From Puniceicoccales bacterium (GTDB lineage: Bacteria > Verrucomicrobiota > Verrucomicrobiia > Opitutales > JAIRLM01): 64,000 bases of DNA. Position 1 is the stretch's first letter. Each line of letters begins with the position of its first letter. The position numbers and the translations under genes were made by a program. The stretch covers positions 44,101 to 108,100 of the forward strand of contig JAISOW010000008.1 in assembly GCA_031275345.1 (NCBI GenBank), given 5' to 3'. Of the stretch, positions 1 to 10,006 are shown piece by piece. A model generated the notes under the pieces. That model was given only the letters and a program-made list of their open reading frames with translations, had not been told where the DNA came from and did no database searches.

Positions 1-1125
1 CTGTGCTTGGATAGAGATGCGCTGTGCGGTGGCCTGCAGGCCGTGGTTGGCGTGGCTCCCCTGCGACCAACCATGCCAATTTTGGGAAATGTGTTGCTGG
101 ATGCCACCGGCGATGGCCTCACCATGACAACCACCGACCTAGACTTTGGTGTACGCTGCACGGTGGCCGCAGATGTCAAATCTGCCGGTCGCACAACATT
201 GCCCGTCCGTAAGCTGGCGGCGATCGTACGGGCCATGCAGGAAAAAACGCTTTTTTTGGCAAGTACCGGCGGTGCGGTGAAAATTTCCGGTGGTGGGTCA
301 ATCTTTCGCATGGCATCGTTGCCGGTGGATGATTTTCCCGAACTGCCCATGCCAGCCGAAGGGTCCGTTGCCGTGGCACTGGATGCGGAGGAATTCCTAT
401 CCCTGCTGCGGCTGGTGGACTATGCCCAGTCGGGGGATGCCGATCGCCACATTCTCAATGGCATCCATTGCCGTCTGGAGGGGAATGAAATGACCTTTGT
501 TGCCACCGATGGCCGCCGCCTTGCAGCGGTTTCCAGGCCAGACTCACCCGGCACGGGTTCCCTAACCATTCCGGCCCGCGCAGTTGCAACGTTGGAGACG
601 CTTTTGAGCGGAGGAACCACAGCCACACTATCCTTTTCTGCGCGGCAGGTGGCATTTTCCATCTCCTATGCAACGGAAGAAAAATCTCTGGCCACGCCAC
701 GGTCGGTTTACCTGGTGAGCAAGCTGGTTGACGGCGTATTTCCCAACTACCGTCAGGTTATTCCGGGTTCGGCCAACTACAGGGTGCGGCTGTCACGGGA
801 AGCACTATTGAAGGCATTGCAGCGAGTTTCCCTGGTGAGCAGCGGCACGGCACCGTCCGTGCTGCTGCGATTTTCTCCCAATCTTTTGGAACTGTCAGCC
901 TCCAGCTCCGAATACGGCGAGGCGCACGAACGGCTGGCCGTCCCATTTCCCGAAGGTGAAGTTTTGGAAATTGCCTTCAATCCGCGCTATCTCATCGACC
1001 CGCTGCGGGCAGTGCCGGAAGAAGAAATATTTTTTGAACTGCGGGACGGGCTAAGCCCGGGCGTCTTTCGCCGCAATGATTCCTTTCTTTGTGTGGTCAT
1101 GCCGCTTCGCACGGGTGCAGAGTAA
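1..1125 (+). CDS. dnaN: DNA polymerase III beta sliding clamp (true start probably a few codons upstream of the window)
   Basis: ORF 7..1125 is TTG-initiated in the track, and the frame stays open back to nt 1. The N-terminus RPTMPILGNVLLDATGDGLTMTTTDLD and the ~372-aa three-domain length are typical of DnaN. Confidence 0.9.
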   Translation: MCLDRDALCGGLQAVVGVAPLRPTMPILGNVLLDATGDGLTMTTTDLDFGVRCTVAADVKSAGRTTLPVRKLAAIVRAMQEKTLFLASTGGAVKISGGGSIFRMASLPVDDFPELPMPAEGSVAVALDAEEFLSLLRLVDYAQSGDADRHILNGIHCRLEGNEMTFVATDGRRLAAVSRPDSPGTGSLTIPARAVATLETLLSGGTTATLSFSARQVAFSISYATEEKSLATPRSVYLVSKLVDGVFPNYRQVIPGSANYRVRLSREALLKALQRVSLVSSGTAPSVLLRFSPNLLELSASSSEYGEAHERLAVPFPEGEVLEIAFNPRYLIDPLRAVPEEEIFFELRDGLSPGVFRRNDSFLCVVMPLRTGAE

Positions 1126-1146
1126 CTTTTTTAGGATATCAACGCA

Positions 1147-2031
1147 ATGCGCGATCCACTTTTTTTTCGCTTTTTTTTTCTGCTCGGCCTTGGCCTATTT
1201 TTTCTATCCCTGGAACTTTTGCATCTGCCATCGCTGCGACGCAGCATCCACTTTGCAATTTTGAGCCACTGGGTTCGCCTGCTGGCTGTCACCCTGGTAA
1301 TCGCCTGCTCCTGCAAGCTTGTTGTCCTGCCAACGACACCATTTGGCCTGCTCCTGGCAACCGGCGCCGGCGGTTGGTTTCTTTTTGAAAGCATGGCACT
1401 GTGGCGTAGCATTCATCGCTTTGCCATGCACTGCACCCCGCTCTTTCCAGCCTACACGGTTCTGGCCGACGAAAATTGCTGGCCCAATGTGCCGGAGCTG
1501 CGGCCGGCGCAAAATCTTCTCAAAAACAGTGGCTTTACGCTGGAATGCATTGCCCGCAGCGACTCAACCGGTCCCCAGCTGCTAATTTGCCTAGTTTTTC
1601 GTTCCACCGACGACAATTCGCGGCTTTTTCTCCGCCTTCCCTGTCCGGCGCAGCCGCCGGCCCTGCCATCGGCCCTCGTCTGCTCCGGCACCGCCGATGG
1701 CCGCATGCTGCTGACGGAAAATTTTGCCGGCGTTTTTGCCGGCTACTACCCATCCAACTGGGACGTGGTTCGCCGACCCCTGTGCCAAAATCTAGCCGCA
1801 TTGTTGGCCCTTCACGGCCGACGGCAGCGGCACTGCCAGCTCGTTCCAGTCGGCAAAGATCCGATGGAACAGCTCAATGGCATGCAGCGGGAACTTTACG
1901 AAACAAACCGTAGCCGTGCCTTTTTTGTATGTTCCCAAAAAGATAGCCGCGACTGCCTTTCCGCCGATGCCGGCTTTCGCATCTGGATGGAATCCTTACT
2001 TTTGCGCTACCTTGGCCGGCCTCTCGCCTAG
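1147..2031 (+). CDS. hypothetical membrane protein (about 3 N-terminal TM segments plus a soluble domain)
   Basis: 294-aa ORF 22 nt after dnaN. The hydrophobic N-terminus is FFRFFFLLGLGLFFLSL / VRLLAVTLVIACSC / FGLLLATGAGGWFLF. I recognise no family. Confidence 0.5.
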   Translation: MRDPLFFRFFFLLGLGLFFLSLELLHLPSLRRSIHFAILSHWVRLLAVTLVIACSCKLVVLPTTPFGLLLATGAGGWFLFESMALWRSIHRFAMHCTPLFPAYTVLADENCWPNVPELRPAQNLLKNSGFTLECIARSDSTGPQLLICLVFRSTDDNSRLFLRLPCPAQPPALPSALVCSGTADGRMLLTENFAGVFAGYYPSNWDVVRRPLCQNLAALLALHGRRQRHCQLVPVGKDPMEQLNGMQRELYETNRSRAFFVCSQKDSRDCLSADAGFRIWMESLLLRYLGRPLA

Positions 2032-2141
2032 GAGTTGCAACAATATTTGGTTAACCATTTTTTTATAAAACACCACATCATGGGATGGTTTACGACCATT
2101 GCAATTGGTAGAATTGGCCCGGTAGTTTTGAAAAATTTTTC

Positions 2142-2948
2142 TTGCCATTCCCCGTGATAAATTGGCCAAAAATCGGCCGAAAGAGTCCAGATCTTGACGG
2201 ACCGTGGTGGCCGACGCATCCTTTTCCGGCGGTGGGACGAAGAAAAGGTTCTGCCTCCTTGGAGCAGCCGTCCAGCATTGGCCACCGCAGGCGTTTGCGG
2301 GAACGTCTCCAGCGGTGTGGCATCGAATCATTTGCTCCCCACGAGGTGGTGGAACTTCTTTTGACCTACGCCATCCCACGCCGGGACGTTAAAGGAACGG
2401 CCAAACTGCTCATTGGCCGCTTTGGGTCCCTGTGCGGCGCATTGGAGGCGTCAGAATTTTCTCTTCGGAAAGTGTTCGGCGTCGGCACTGGCGTGGCAGA
2501 CTTTTTGCACCTCATCCGAGATACGGCCAAGTTGTACCTGCAACAGCGGATCTATCCTCCCAAACCGGCCCCGGCCAATTGGCGGGAATCCTTGCGAGAA
2601 TTGTGGCGAACGAGGCTCGGCGGTGAACGGAAAGAATGTCTGGAAATTGCCTATCTGGATAGTCAAATGAATCTTCTTCCGCCTGGAGTGGAACGGTTGG
2701 TCGTCGATGAAAAAATGCAATTGACTTTCCTTCCCCGGCAAATCGTGGCAAGAGTGCTCAATCGACACTGCGCCGCCATTATACTTTGCTGCAACCGTTT
2801 GGACGGCAATGAATTGCCATCGGAACACGATGAACGTGCAGGCCGGGCCATTGCCCATGCCTTACAGCTTCTTGATGTGCGAATGTTGGACATCTGGATC
2901 GTGGCAGGGGATAAAATTTTTTCTCTCAATGACCAATGCAGTTTCTAG
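2142..2948 (+). CDS. radC: RadC-like (JAB/MPN fold) protein with degenerate metal-binding motif
   Basis: GHRRRLRERLQRCGIESFAPHEVVELLLTYAIPRRDVKGTAKLLIGRFGSL matches the RadC N-terminal HhH region. The C-terminal domain aligns to the RadC JAB core, but CCNRLDG replaces HNHPSG. The start is uncertain; an in-frame GTG at 2232 is an alternative. Confidence 0.7.
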   Translation: MPFPVINWPKIGRKSPDLDGPWWPTHPFPAVGRRKGSASLEQPSSIGHRRRLRERLQRCGIESFAPHEVVELLLTYAIPRRDVKGTAKLLIGRFGSLCGALEASEFSLRKVFGVGTGVADFLHLIRDTAKLYLQQRIYPPKPAPANWRESLRELWRTRLGGERKECLEIAYLDSQMNLLPPGVERLVVDEKMQLTFLPRQIVARVLNRHCAAIILCCNRLDGNELPSEHDERAGRAIAHALQLLDVRMLDIWIVAGDKIFSLNDQCSF

Positions 2949-3021
2949 CTCCGCCGGCACACTTGGATGCTCCCATGTTCACCGGACAGAAAATGGATGG
3001 CAGCGCATTGGTACGGCCCGT

Positions 3022-3582
3022 TCATCCGGCCACCGTTCCAACTTGGTCCGGACCCAGTGCGATCGCCCTGGCAACCGCATCCGCCGATTCCTGGCCCAGA
3101 AAATGGCGCACGATGGCCAGCGCGAATGGGATGGCAGCGCCAGGGCCGTTGGCCGTGATAAGATTTTCATCCACCACAACGGCAGATTTCTCTGCCAGCG
3201 GCAATTCGCGCAGTATGGAAAAGTGGGCCGTGTGGCGTCGCCCGTCCAACACGCCGGCGTCCAGCAAAATTAGGGGTGCGGCACAGATGGCGGCCAAAAA
3301 CTTTTTTGCCATTTTTCTCACAAGCGCCAGTACTGCAACGTCCTTACGCAGGGAAAAGCTGGCCGGTCCACCGGGCAAAACCAGGCCATCGAATTTTTCC
3401 GCTGCCACGGTTGGCAGGAGAAGGTCCGCGCCAATGAAAATTCCGTGGGAACCCATCACCGTACAGCTTTCTCCAACGGCGGCCGCCACAACCGACAATC
3501 CGGCGCGCCGCAGGATGTCCCAGGACGTCACCGCTTCCATTTCCTCCACACCATCCGCCAGGAGAAGGCACAGCTTTTTCCC
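3022..3582 (-). CDS. DJ-1/PfpI (ThiJ/YajL) family protein
   Basis: MGKKLCLLLADGVEEMEAV..., GLVLPGG and the nucleophile-elbow LAAICAAPLIL. The start is taken at the internal ATG 3582 of ORF 3022..3660. Confidence 0.8.
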   Translation of the reverse strand, partial: GKKLCLLLADGVEEMEAVTSWDILRRAGLSVVAAAVGESCTVMGSHGIFIGADLLLPTVAAEKFDGLVLPGGPASFSLRKDVAVLALVRKMAKKFLAAICAAPLILLDAGVLDGRRHTAHFSILRELPLAEKSAVVVDENLITANGPGAAIPFALAIVRHFLGQESADAVARAIALGPDQVGTVAG

Positions 3583-3592
3583 CATGGCCCAA

Positions 3593-4450
3593 CTACATTT
3601 CCGCCGTCCGCAGAAGCAATTCCAAAAATTGCCAGTCGTGGTCGCCAAGTTCCTCTGCACGCAGCGTATTTTCCGAACGCCCCCGGGCTGTAATGTGTGC
3701 TAGCCAGCGGCGTAGTACGGAAATGTTGGGATGGGATGCCAGCGAATCGACGGCGTTTTTTAGCAATTTACGCCGGTTGTGAAAGCAGTGGCGCAGTAGC
3801 GCATGGCCTTTTTGAGAAAAGCAGAACGGTTCTGGCAGCCGATCCCAGTGGATCAGCATGGCATCAACGGCCGGCCGGGGATGGAATGCGTCGGCCGGGA
3901 CAGCCAGAGAATGGACGGCGCGGTAGGCCAGGGCAAGCCGTACCCCCAATGCGCTGCGCAGGCGAGATGGTGCGGCGGCGAGCAGCCGTTCCGCCATTTC
4001 CCGCTGGAGAAAAATTGTCACGGACCTGGGAAGTGGTCCGGCAAGGAGCGCGTCGAACCACGGGCCGGTGATGGAAAATGGCAGATTGGCCACCACACGG
4101 CAGTTTTCCACATCCGCCGTCCCAAGTCCTGCCAACGGAAGTAGCACCGCATCGCCGTGGATCAAAAATAACTGGCCAGAAAATTTTTTCCCTAGGGTGG
4201 CCGTAAGCCTGGCAACCAATTGTCCATCCAACTCCACCGCATGGACAATGGCACCAGCCTGCAGCATGGGCTCGGTCAAGGTTCCAAGGCCGGGACCAAT
4301 CTCCACCACTCCATCGCCCGGAGCCAGGCCAGCCCACCCGACGCACAGATCTGCCATGGCCGCATTGGCCAAAAAATGCTGGCCCAGGGCACGGATCGGC
4401 CTTTTGCCGATGGCAATGAGTTCACGTCGTAGCCCGCCGCTGTCCATCAT
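3593..4450 (-). CDS. rsmA: 16S rRNA (adenine1518/1519-N6)-dimethyltransferase
   Basis: LGQHFLANAAMADLCV...VVEIGPGLGTLTEPML...ANLPFSITGP (KsgA/Erm SAM-MTase motifs). The start is taken at MMDSGG, 2 nt after the upstream MFS stop. The longer ORF extending to 4711 overlaps that gene. Confidence 0.85.
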   Translation of the reverse strand: MMDSGGLRRELIAIGKRPIRALGQHFLANAAMADLCVGWAGLAPGDGVVEIGPGLGTLTEPMLQAGAIVHAVELDGQLVARLTATLGKKFSGQLFLIHGDAVLLPLAGLGTADVENCRVVANLPFSITGPWFDALLAGPLPRSVTIFLQREMAERLLAAAPSRLRSALGVRLALAYRAVHSLAVPADAFHPRPAVDAMLIHWDRLPEPFCFSQKGHALLRHCFHNRRKLLKNAVDSLASHPNISVLRRWLAHITARGRSENTLRAEELGDHDWQFLELLLRTAEM

Positions 4451-4452
4451 TG

Positions 4453-5670
4453 CTAGTGAATGCCTGCTTCCCGGCGTAGCCGCCAAAAGCCGACGGTGGA
4501 AATCAGGATCAGGAAACAGCCGACGTTGGCAACTCCGGCCGGAGAAAAAAATGCCAGCAGTGCGTAGCCAAGCAGCGGTGCCAGCATGCTGCGTACGCCG
4601 GTCACGAACAGGTAGATGGACATGTAGGCCGGCAGACGCTCTGCCGGTGCCACCTTGGCAATCCACAGCGAGTGAAATACAAAACTTCCGGCCATGGCGA
4701 TCCCTATGCACACGGATCCCAGCAGCAATATGGGCAATGTTTTGCCGTGGAAAAAAATCAAAAATGCTGCCAATGTGAGCAGGTTATTAAAGATGCGGAG
4801 GGGAATGAGCCGAATGCGGTCAAAAAGAAAGCCAAAGATTTGGGTGCTGCACACACGGGCAAGGTTTGGAACAACCCAGCCGAGAAGCATGACACGGCCA
4901 TTGGCCAGGTCCATGCCATAGCGACCATTGGCCAGGTATTCTATTTTTATGGGCACCATCATCTGGTATGCAATGCCGACGAGACAAAAGTGCAGCACCA
5001 GACGGCCAAAGATGGGATCGTTCCAAAGAAATGGCAGATAGCCGCGCCGGAGCGATGCAGTCGGCCGGTGCACCGGAGGCGATGGTATGGCCAGCAGGCA
5101 GATGGCGCAGGCATAGGAGCATGCGGCGATCGCCCGGAGTAAAAATCGGTAGTTTTCCAAGTCCCGATCCAACACAATGCCAGCCATTTGTCCAAATGCA
5201 ACCGCCAGCACCGCCGACAGTGTCAATCCCAGGGCAAGCCGCGATGCCCGCTGCCTGGCATCGTAGTTGGCTGCATACATGCCAATGAGAATGGAACCTT
5301 CGGCGCGGTAGCAGATGCTGGCAATGGTCGTCAGGGCGAGAAAGGCAAGAAATGTATGGACAATAGATGCCACAATGAAGCAGGACCCGATGGCCATAAA
5401 CAGTACGGCTCCCAGCAGGGTGGCTTGGCAGCTGCTGCGGGATGCTAGCCTGGTAAGCGACGGTGCCATGGTCCCACCCAGCCAGGTTAGGGCGACTAAA
5501 ATTGATTTTAAATTGTTGGGAGCATGAAAGATGCGAATGGAAATTAGTAGGCAGATGGACAGAAACGCCGATTCCAATGCACCCTGGAAAAAGCGGCGTA
5601 GACTGTCAAAAAAATAGGTACGCCCAACGGCATGGCAAACCACCACGCCATGCAGCCTGCCATGGGGCAA
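4453..5670 (-). CDS. MFS-type membrane transporter
   Basis: 405-aa polytopic membrane protein with about 12 hydrophobic segments and a central loop, consistent with a generic major-facilitator architecture. Substrate unknown. Confidence 0.6.
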   Translation of the reverse strand: MPHGRLHGVVVCHAVGRTYFFDSLRRFFQGALESAFLSICLLISIRIFHAPNNLKSILVALTWLGGTMAPSLTRLASRSSCQATLLGAVLFMAIGSCFIVASIVHTFLAFLALTTIASICYRAEGSILIGMYAANYDARQRASRLALGLTLSAVLAVAFGQMAGIVLDRDLENYRFLLRAIAACSYACAICLLAIPSPPVHRPTASLRRGYLPFLWNDPIFGRLVLHFCLVGIAYQMMVPIKIEYLANGRYGMDLANGRVMLLGWVVPNLARVCSTQIFGFLFDRIRLIPLRIFNNLLTLAAFLIFFHGKTLPILLLGSVCIGIAMAGSFVFHSLWIAKVAPAERLPAYMSIYLFVTGVRSMLAPLLGYALLAFFSPAGVANVGCFLILISTVGFWRLRREAGIH

Positions 5671-5740
5671 TTGTCAACCATCAAGCGAAATCGTTGGTCA
5701 TCTATCTTTGCTCCGGGTGGGGAGTGCCCAATCACCCATT

Positions 5741-6280
5741 TTACCGAATCCAGACGAGGGTGCCGACCGGAGTTTTTTCATAAAGTTCTAGCAAATCTTT
5801 TGCCAAAAGACTGATGCAGCCGCTGGTAAATGGCAGGCCAACCAAATCTTCCCGCGCCGTGCCGTGGATGTAGATGTAACGGGCATGGGAATCGCAGCAG
5901 TGTCCTTCCCGATTTACGCCGCTGTTGATACCATCTTCCAGCCCGCGCAGGCGCAGGATGCGGGACACCACGTGGCAGCCGCGGCGCCAATTGGCAAAAA
6001 AAGAAAAATGCTTTCCCGTCGGCCGGCGACCGATGAGAACTTCACCGATCGGCAGGCCATCGCCGTACTTTTCCGCCACCGTGTGCAGGCCGGACGGCGT
6101 GCCATTGGAGTGCTGCAGGCAGCAGGGAAAGCACAGGCTGGTTGAGGCGGGGTAGCGCTTGGAAACGCCGCGGCCGTCGCAAAAAAATAGTGCGCCTTCG
6201 GCAATGGACACGGCCACCAATGGATCCGTGACCTGCTGGGAGCGGCGCAGCACCTCGGTCACAATTTTGGAAAATTCCAC
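5741..6280 (-). CDS. L,D-transpeptidase (YkuD) catalytic-domain protein, no obvious signal peptide
   Basis: The C-terminal IYIHGTAREDLVGLPFTSGCISLLAKDLLELY matches the YkuD H...S-x-G-C signature. Confidence 0.6.
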   Translation of the reverse strand: MEFSKIVTEVLRRSQQVTDPLVAVSIAEGALFFCDGRGVSKRYPASTSLCFPCCLQHSNGTPSGLHTVAEKYGDGLPIGEVLIGRRPTGKHFSFFANWRRGCHVVSRILRLRGLEDGINSGVNREGHCCDSHARYIYIHGTAREDLVGLPFTSGCISLLAKDLLELYEKTPVGTLVWIR

Positions 6281-6335
6281 GGCCCAACCATGGAAGCCGG
6301 CTGGCTGCGGTCAACCGCCATCTCCGCCGCAACCT

Positions 6336-9029
6336 TTAGCCGGCCAATGCCGCTTGGGCCGCTGCCAGCTTGGCAATTGGAACCCGGTTTGGTGAACAGC
6401 TCACATAGTTCAGTCCGATGGCGTGGCAAAATTTTACCGTAGCAGGATCTCCGCCGTGCTCGCCGCAGATGCCAAAAATAATGTTTGACCGCCGTGCCCT
6501 TCCCCGCTCCACGGCCATGCGCATCAGTTCGCCCACGCCATCCTGGTCAATGGTGGCAAATGGATTTTGGCAAAAAATCTCCAAAGCATTGTAGCGGCCC
6601 AAAAAGTTTCCCATGTCGTCCCGGCTCATGCCAAGTGCCGTTTGAGTAAGATCATTGGACCCAAAGCTGCAAAATTCAGCAATTTCCGCAATGTCACCGG
6701 CGCAAATGCAGGCCCGCGGAAGTTCCAACATTGTGCCAATCTTATAGTCAATTGCCACGCCAGTTTCTTCCTCAACTTTTTTGGCCATTTCCCGCACAAT
6801 CTCCGCCTGATGCTGCAGCTCCTTCGAAAAGGCGACGAGTGGCACCATGATTTCCGGATGCACCTTGCATCCCTCTTTTTTGCACTGGGCCACGGCTTCG
6901 AATATGGCCCGCGCCTGCATACGGCTGATTTCCGGATAGGAAATTCCAAGCCGGCAGCCGCGGTGGCCAAGCATTGGATTGAATTCTCGCAGCGATGCCA
7001 CCCGCTCCCGCACCTTTTCCAATGAAATTCCCAGCTTCGCTGCCAGGTTGCGCTGAGTTGCCTCGTCGTGGGGAACAAATTCGTGCAGCGGAGGATCTAG
7101 GAAACGAATTGTCACCGGCAGTCCGCCCATGGTGCGAAAAATTCCCAAAAAATCTTCCCTCTGGAAAGGGAGAAGTTTTTGCAATGCCCGCTCGCGTGCC
7201 TCCTCTGTTTCCGCCAAAATCATTTCGCGGACAAAATCAATGCGACCATTTTCAAAAAACATGTGCTCCGTGCGGGTGAGCCCGATGCCTTCGCCTCCGT
7301 TGCGCAGTCCAATCTCCGCCTGCTGGGGCGAATCGGCATTCAAATATATGCCCAGTTTTTTGCAATCCGCACACCAGTCCATGAGTCGCGCATAGAGTCC
7401 GTAGAGTGGACTTTTTTCCGCCTCCAATGTTCCATCCAGCACCTGGTTCACCTCCGATGGCACGGTTGGCAGGGATCCTAGAAAAATTTCGCCGGTTGTC
7501 CCATCGATGGACAGCTCATCGCCTTCCCGAATGGTGTGACCATCCACCTTCATCGTGCGGGTTTTGTAGTCAATTGTGATGGCCGATGCTCCGACGATGC
7601 AAACCTTGCCCATTTGCCGGGCAACCAGTGCGGCATGGGAACTGACGCCGCCGCGGGCGGTTAAAATTCCCTCCGATGCCAGCATGCCGCGAATATCCTC
7701 CGGCGAAGTTTCCGTACGGCAAAGTAGAGCCTTCTCTCCTCTGCCATGAAGCTCCTCTGCCCTCTCCGCCGAAAAGCACACCTTGCCGGCAGCAGCCCCT
7801 GGACCGGCCGGCAACCCCTTAGCTATGCACCGTCCCTTGCCCTTGCCGTCGAAAATTGGAACCAGCAGCGACGAGATGGAATCCGCTGGAATGCGCAAAA
7901 TTGCCGTTTTTTTATCAATAAATCCTTCCCGCTCCATTTCCAGGGCAATGCGTACGGCCGCAAATCCAGTCCGCTTGCCACTGCGAGTCTGCAGCAAATA
8001 GAGTTTGCCCTGTTGCACCGTAAATTCGATGTCCTGCATGTCGCGGAAATGATTTTCTAGGCGATCTCTAATGTCCTCAAGTTGAGCATAAACCTTGGGC
8101 ATGTCATTTTTTAAATTTGCAATGGGATGCGGCGTGCGGATGCCGGCCACCACGTCCTCGCCCTGGGCATCGATGAGATACTCTCCATAGAAAACATTTT
8201 CTCCGCTGGCCGGGTCGCGGGTAAATGCCACACCGGTTGCCGAGTCACTGCCCATGTTGCCAAACACCATGGCCTGCACGTTGACGGCCGTGCCCCATTC
8301 ATTGGGGATGCCGTACTTGCGCCGGTACAATATGGCCCGCTCATTGCCCCAGGACCTGAATACGGCACCGATTGCCCCCAGCAGCTGGGCCTGCACATCC
8401 TGAGGAAATTGCTCCCCAGTTTCCCGGGAAATGAGCACCTTGTAGCGAATGATAAGATCCTGTAGCTGTTCCGTGGAAAGTTGGTTGTCAAAATTTACTC
8501 CCACCCCCTTTTTGACGGAAGCCAGAATTTCTTCAAATGGATCCGGCGCATGCTCATCCCTAGCACGCACCCCCAGCACCACGTCGCCGTACATTTGGAT
8601 AAAACGGCGGTAGGAATCGTAGGCAAAGCGCGGATTTCCTGTCACGGTTGCCAACCCCTTGACCGTTTCATCGTTCAGGCCAAGGTTGAGAATTGTATCC
8701 ATCATGCCGGGCATGGACTCCCGTGCGCCGGAACGGACAGAAAACAGCAGCGGATCCTTGGCATCGCCAAAAACCTTGCCCTGCTGCCTCTCCACACTGC
8801 GCAGTGCATCCGCCACCTGCTTCTTCACCCCATCGGGCAGCACGCCTCCCGCCGTGCCGTAGGCAGTGCAGACGGACGTGACAATGGTAAAGCCGGGCGG
8901 GACCGGCAGGCCAATTTTTGCCATTTCCGCCAGATTGGCGCCCTTACCGCCGAGCAATTCCCGCATCTGCGCACCGCCATCGGTGCGAGCCCCAAATTCG
9001 TACACGTACCGTTCCTGCTGAGCCCCCAT
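6336..9029 (-). CDS. ppdK: pyruvate, phosphate dikinase
   Basis: [13 protein letters not shown]...[10 protein letters not shown]...[18 protein letters not shown]...[10 protein letters not shown] over ~898 aa. The start is taken at internal ATG 9029 of ORF 6336..9068. Confidence 0.92.
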   Translation of the reverse strand: MGAQQERYVYEFGARTDGGAQMRELLGGKGANLAEMAKIGLPVPPGFTIVTSVCTAYGTAGGVLPDGVKKQVADALRSVERQQGKVFGDAKDPLLFSVRSGARESMPGMMDTILNLGLNDETVKGLATVTGNPRFAYDSYRRFIQMYGDVVLGVRARDEHAPDPFEEILASVKKGVGVNFDNQLSTEQLQDLIIRYKVLISRETGEQFPQDVQAQLLGAIGAVFRSWGNERAILYRRKYGIPNEWGTAVNVQAMVFGNMGSDSATGVAFTRDPASGENVFYGEYLIDAQGEDVVAGIRTPHPIANLKNDMPKVYAQLEDIRDRLENHFRDMQDIEFTVQQGKLYLLQTRSGKRTGFAAVRIALEMEREGFIDKKTAILRIPADSISSLLVPIFDGKGKGRCIAKGLPAGPGAAAGKVCFSAERAEELHGRGEKALLCRTETSPEDIRGMLASEGILTARGGVSSHAALVARQMGKVCIVGASAITIDYKTRTMKVDGHTIREGDELSIDGTTGEIFLGSLPTVPSEVNQVLDGTLEAEKSPLYGLYARLMDWCADCKKLGIYLNADSPQQAEIGLRNGGEGIGLTRTEHMFFENGRIDFVREMILAETEEARERALQKLLPFQREDFLGIFRTMGGLPVTIRFLDPPLHEFVPHDEATQRNLAAKLGISLEKVRERVASLREFNPMLGHRGCRLGISYPEISRMQARAIFEAVAQCKKEGCKVHPEIMVPLVAFSKELQHQAEIVREMAKKVEEETGVAIDYKIGTMLELPRACICAGDIAEIAEFCSFGSNDLTQTALGMSRDDMGNFLGRYNALEIFCQNPFATIDQDGVGELMRMAVERGRARRSNIIFGICGEHGGDPATVKFCHAIGLNYVSCSPNRVPIAKLAAAQAALAG

Positions 9030-9091
9030 GGTTGGGCCGATTGTCGATCCAGGATCGGGGCAAGTCAAGGAAAGGTGCCTAAAAAAATTTT

Positions 9092-10006
9092 TTACCGACC
9101 GAGCGGCTGGCCATCCACCAACAATCCGTCGGGATCCGATGCAAATATCTGTACGGCACCATGGCAGGGAACAGCCATGCGCTGGCCTGGCGCTAGGCGT
9201 CCGGAAAATAGCCGTTCTCCTTCGCCACAGGGATCAACCGTCACGTAGATCGACGTCCTGGCCTGCAAGAGAAGTTCCCGCCCACCGGTCTCCGACGTTT
9301 GAAAAGTTTTAAAAATTTTTGGCCATTGGGTGGTGTCTTCTGGCATGCAATCCTGCGCCAGCTCCCCGTCCGGACAGCATTTTTTCCCTTCCCAAATTAG
9401 GCCAATGTCGGCTGCGATGGCATCGGCGAAGTGCACCAGCAGGGAACGCATTCCATCCACAAGGGCATCGGCCGACCCATCCTCCCAGCGGACACTGGCA
9501 CAAAAGCTGCGCACGCCAACCAGTCGGTTTTCTCCGTTGTGCCAATACTCGCAGCGGGCATTGAGCCAGATCCGATCGCCGCGGGCCGTAAAATCATCCA
9601 CGGCCACTATTAGGCGAAAATCCGGCCGCAGATCCCCGCCCCAGGGGGCCAGGAGGACGTGACTTTGGCGCAAAACTTCCTCCAGTCTGCTGCGCAGGGT
9701 AGAGCCGACGCCGTCGGCTAGATTTTCGCCCCAGCGAAAAAATTCGTGGCGGACCAACTTGCCGCCGTCGTCCCGCGTCACGATGCGCACCTGGTCCAGA
9801 AAACATGGAATGTTAACACGCTCCAGCACAATGATATGTTCAGGATTAAACAGCCGGCAGTGGCCGTCGATGGCGCCGTTGCCGAGCACAAAAAAGTGCA
9901 CCGGCTGTGGCTTTTTCCCTCCAATTCCCAGGCAGCCGCAGAGCAATCCGCACAGTAGGCACAACCCAAAATTTTTCCACCAGCTCACCGCGCCTCCTCC
10001 TCCCAC
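9092..10006 (-). CDS. ABC-transport auxiliary lipoprotein (PqiC/YmbA, DUF330-like)
   Basis: Signal/lipobox-like [11 protein letters not shown] followed by [12 protein letters not shown]. It is the last gene of the mla/mce operon and overlaps mlaD by 22 nt. Confidence 0.55.
   Translation of the reverse strand: MGGGGAVSWWKNFGLCLLCGLLCGCLGIGGKKPQPVHFFVLGNGAIDGHCRLFNPEHIIVLERVNIPCFLDQVRIVTRDDGGKLVRHEFFRWGENLADGVGSTLRSRLEEVLRQSHVLLAPWGGDLRPDFRLIVAVDDFTARGDRIWLNARCEYWHNGENRLVGVRSFCASVRWEDGSADALVDGMRSLLVHFADAIAADIGLIWEGKKCCPDGELAQDCMPEDTTQWPKIFKTFQTSETGGRELLLQARTSIYVTVDPCGEGERLFSGRLAPGQRMAVPCHGAVQIFASDPDGLLVDGQPLGR

Noticed and set aside
1160-1179. T8 and T9 homopolymers within the first 12 codons of the membrane ORF 1147..2031 (M R D P L F F R F F F) as a second phase-variation switch.
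   Set aside because: Equally long A/T runs occur inside conserved core genes: 11473..11480 in mlaF, 12398..12406 in mlaE and 31250..31257 in trpS. They also occur in many other places. They therefore look like a by-product of the strong TTT/AAA codon preference rather than a dedicated contingency tract. Slippage there remains possible but is not specifically supported.
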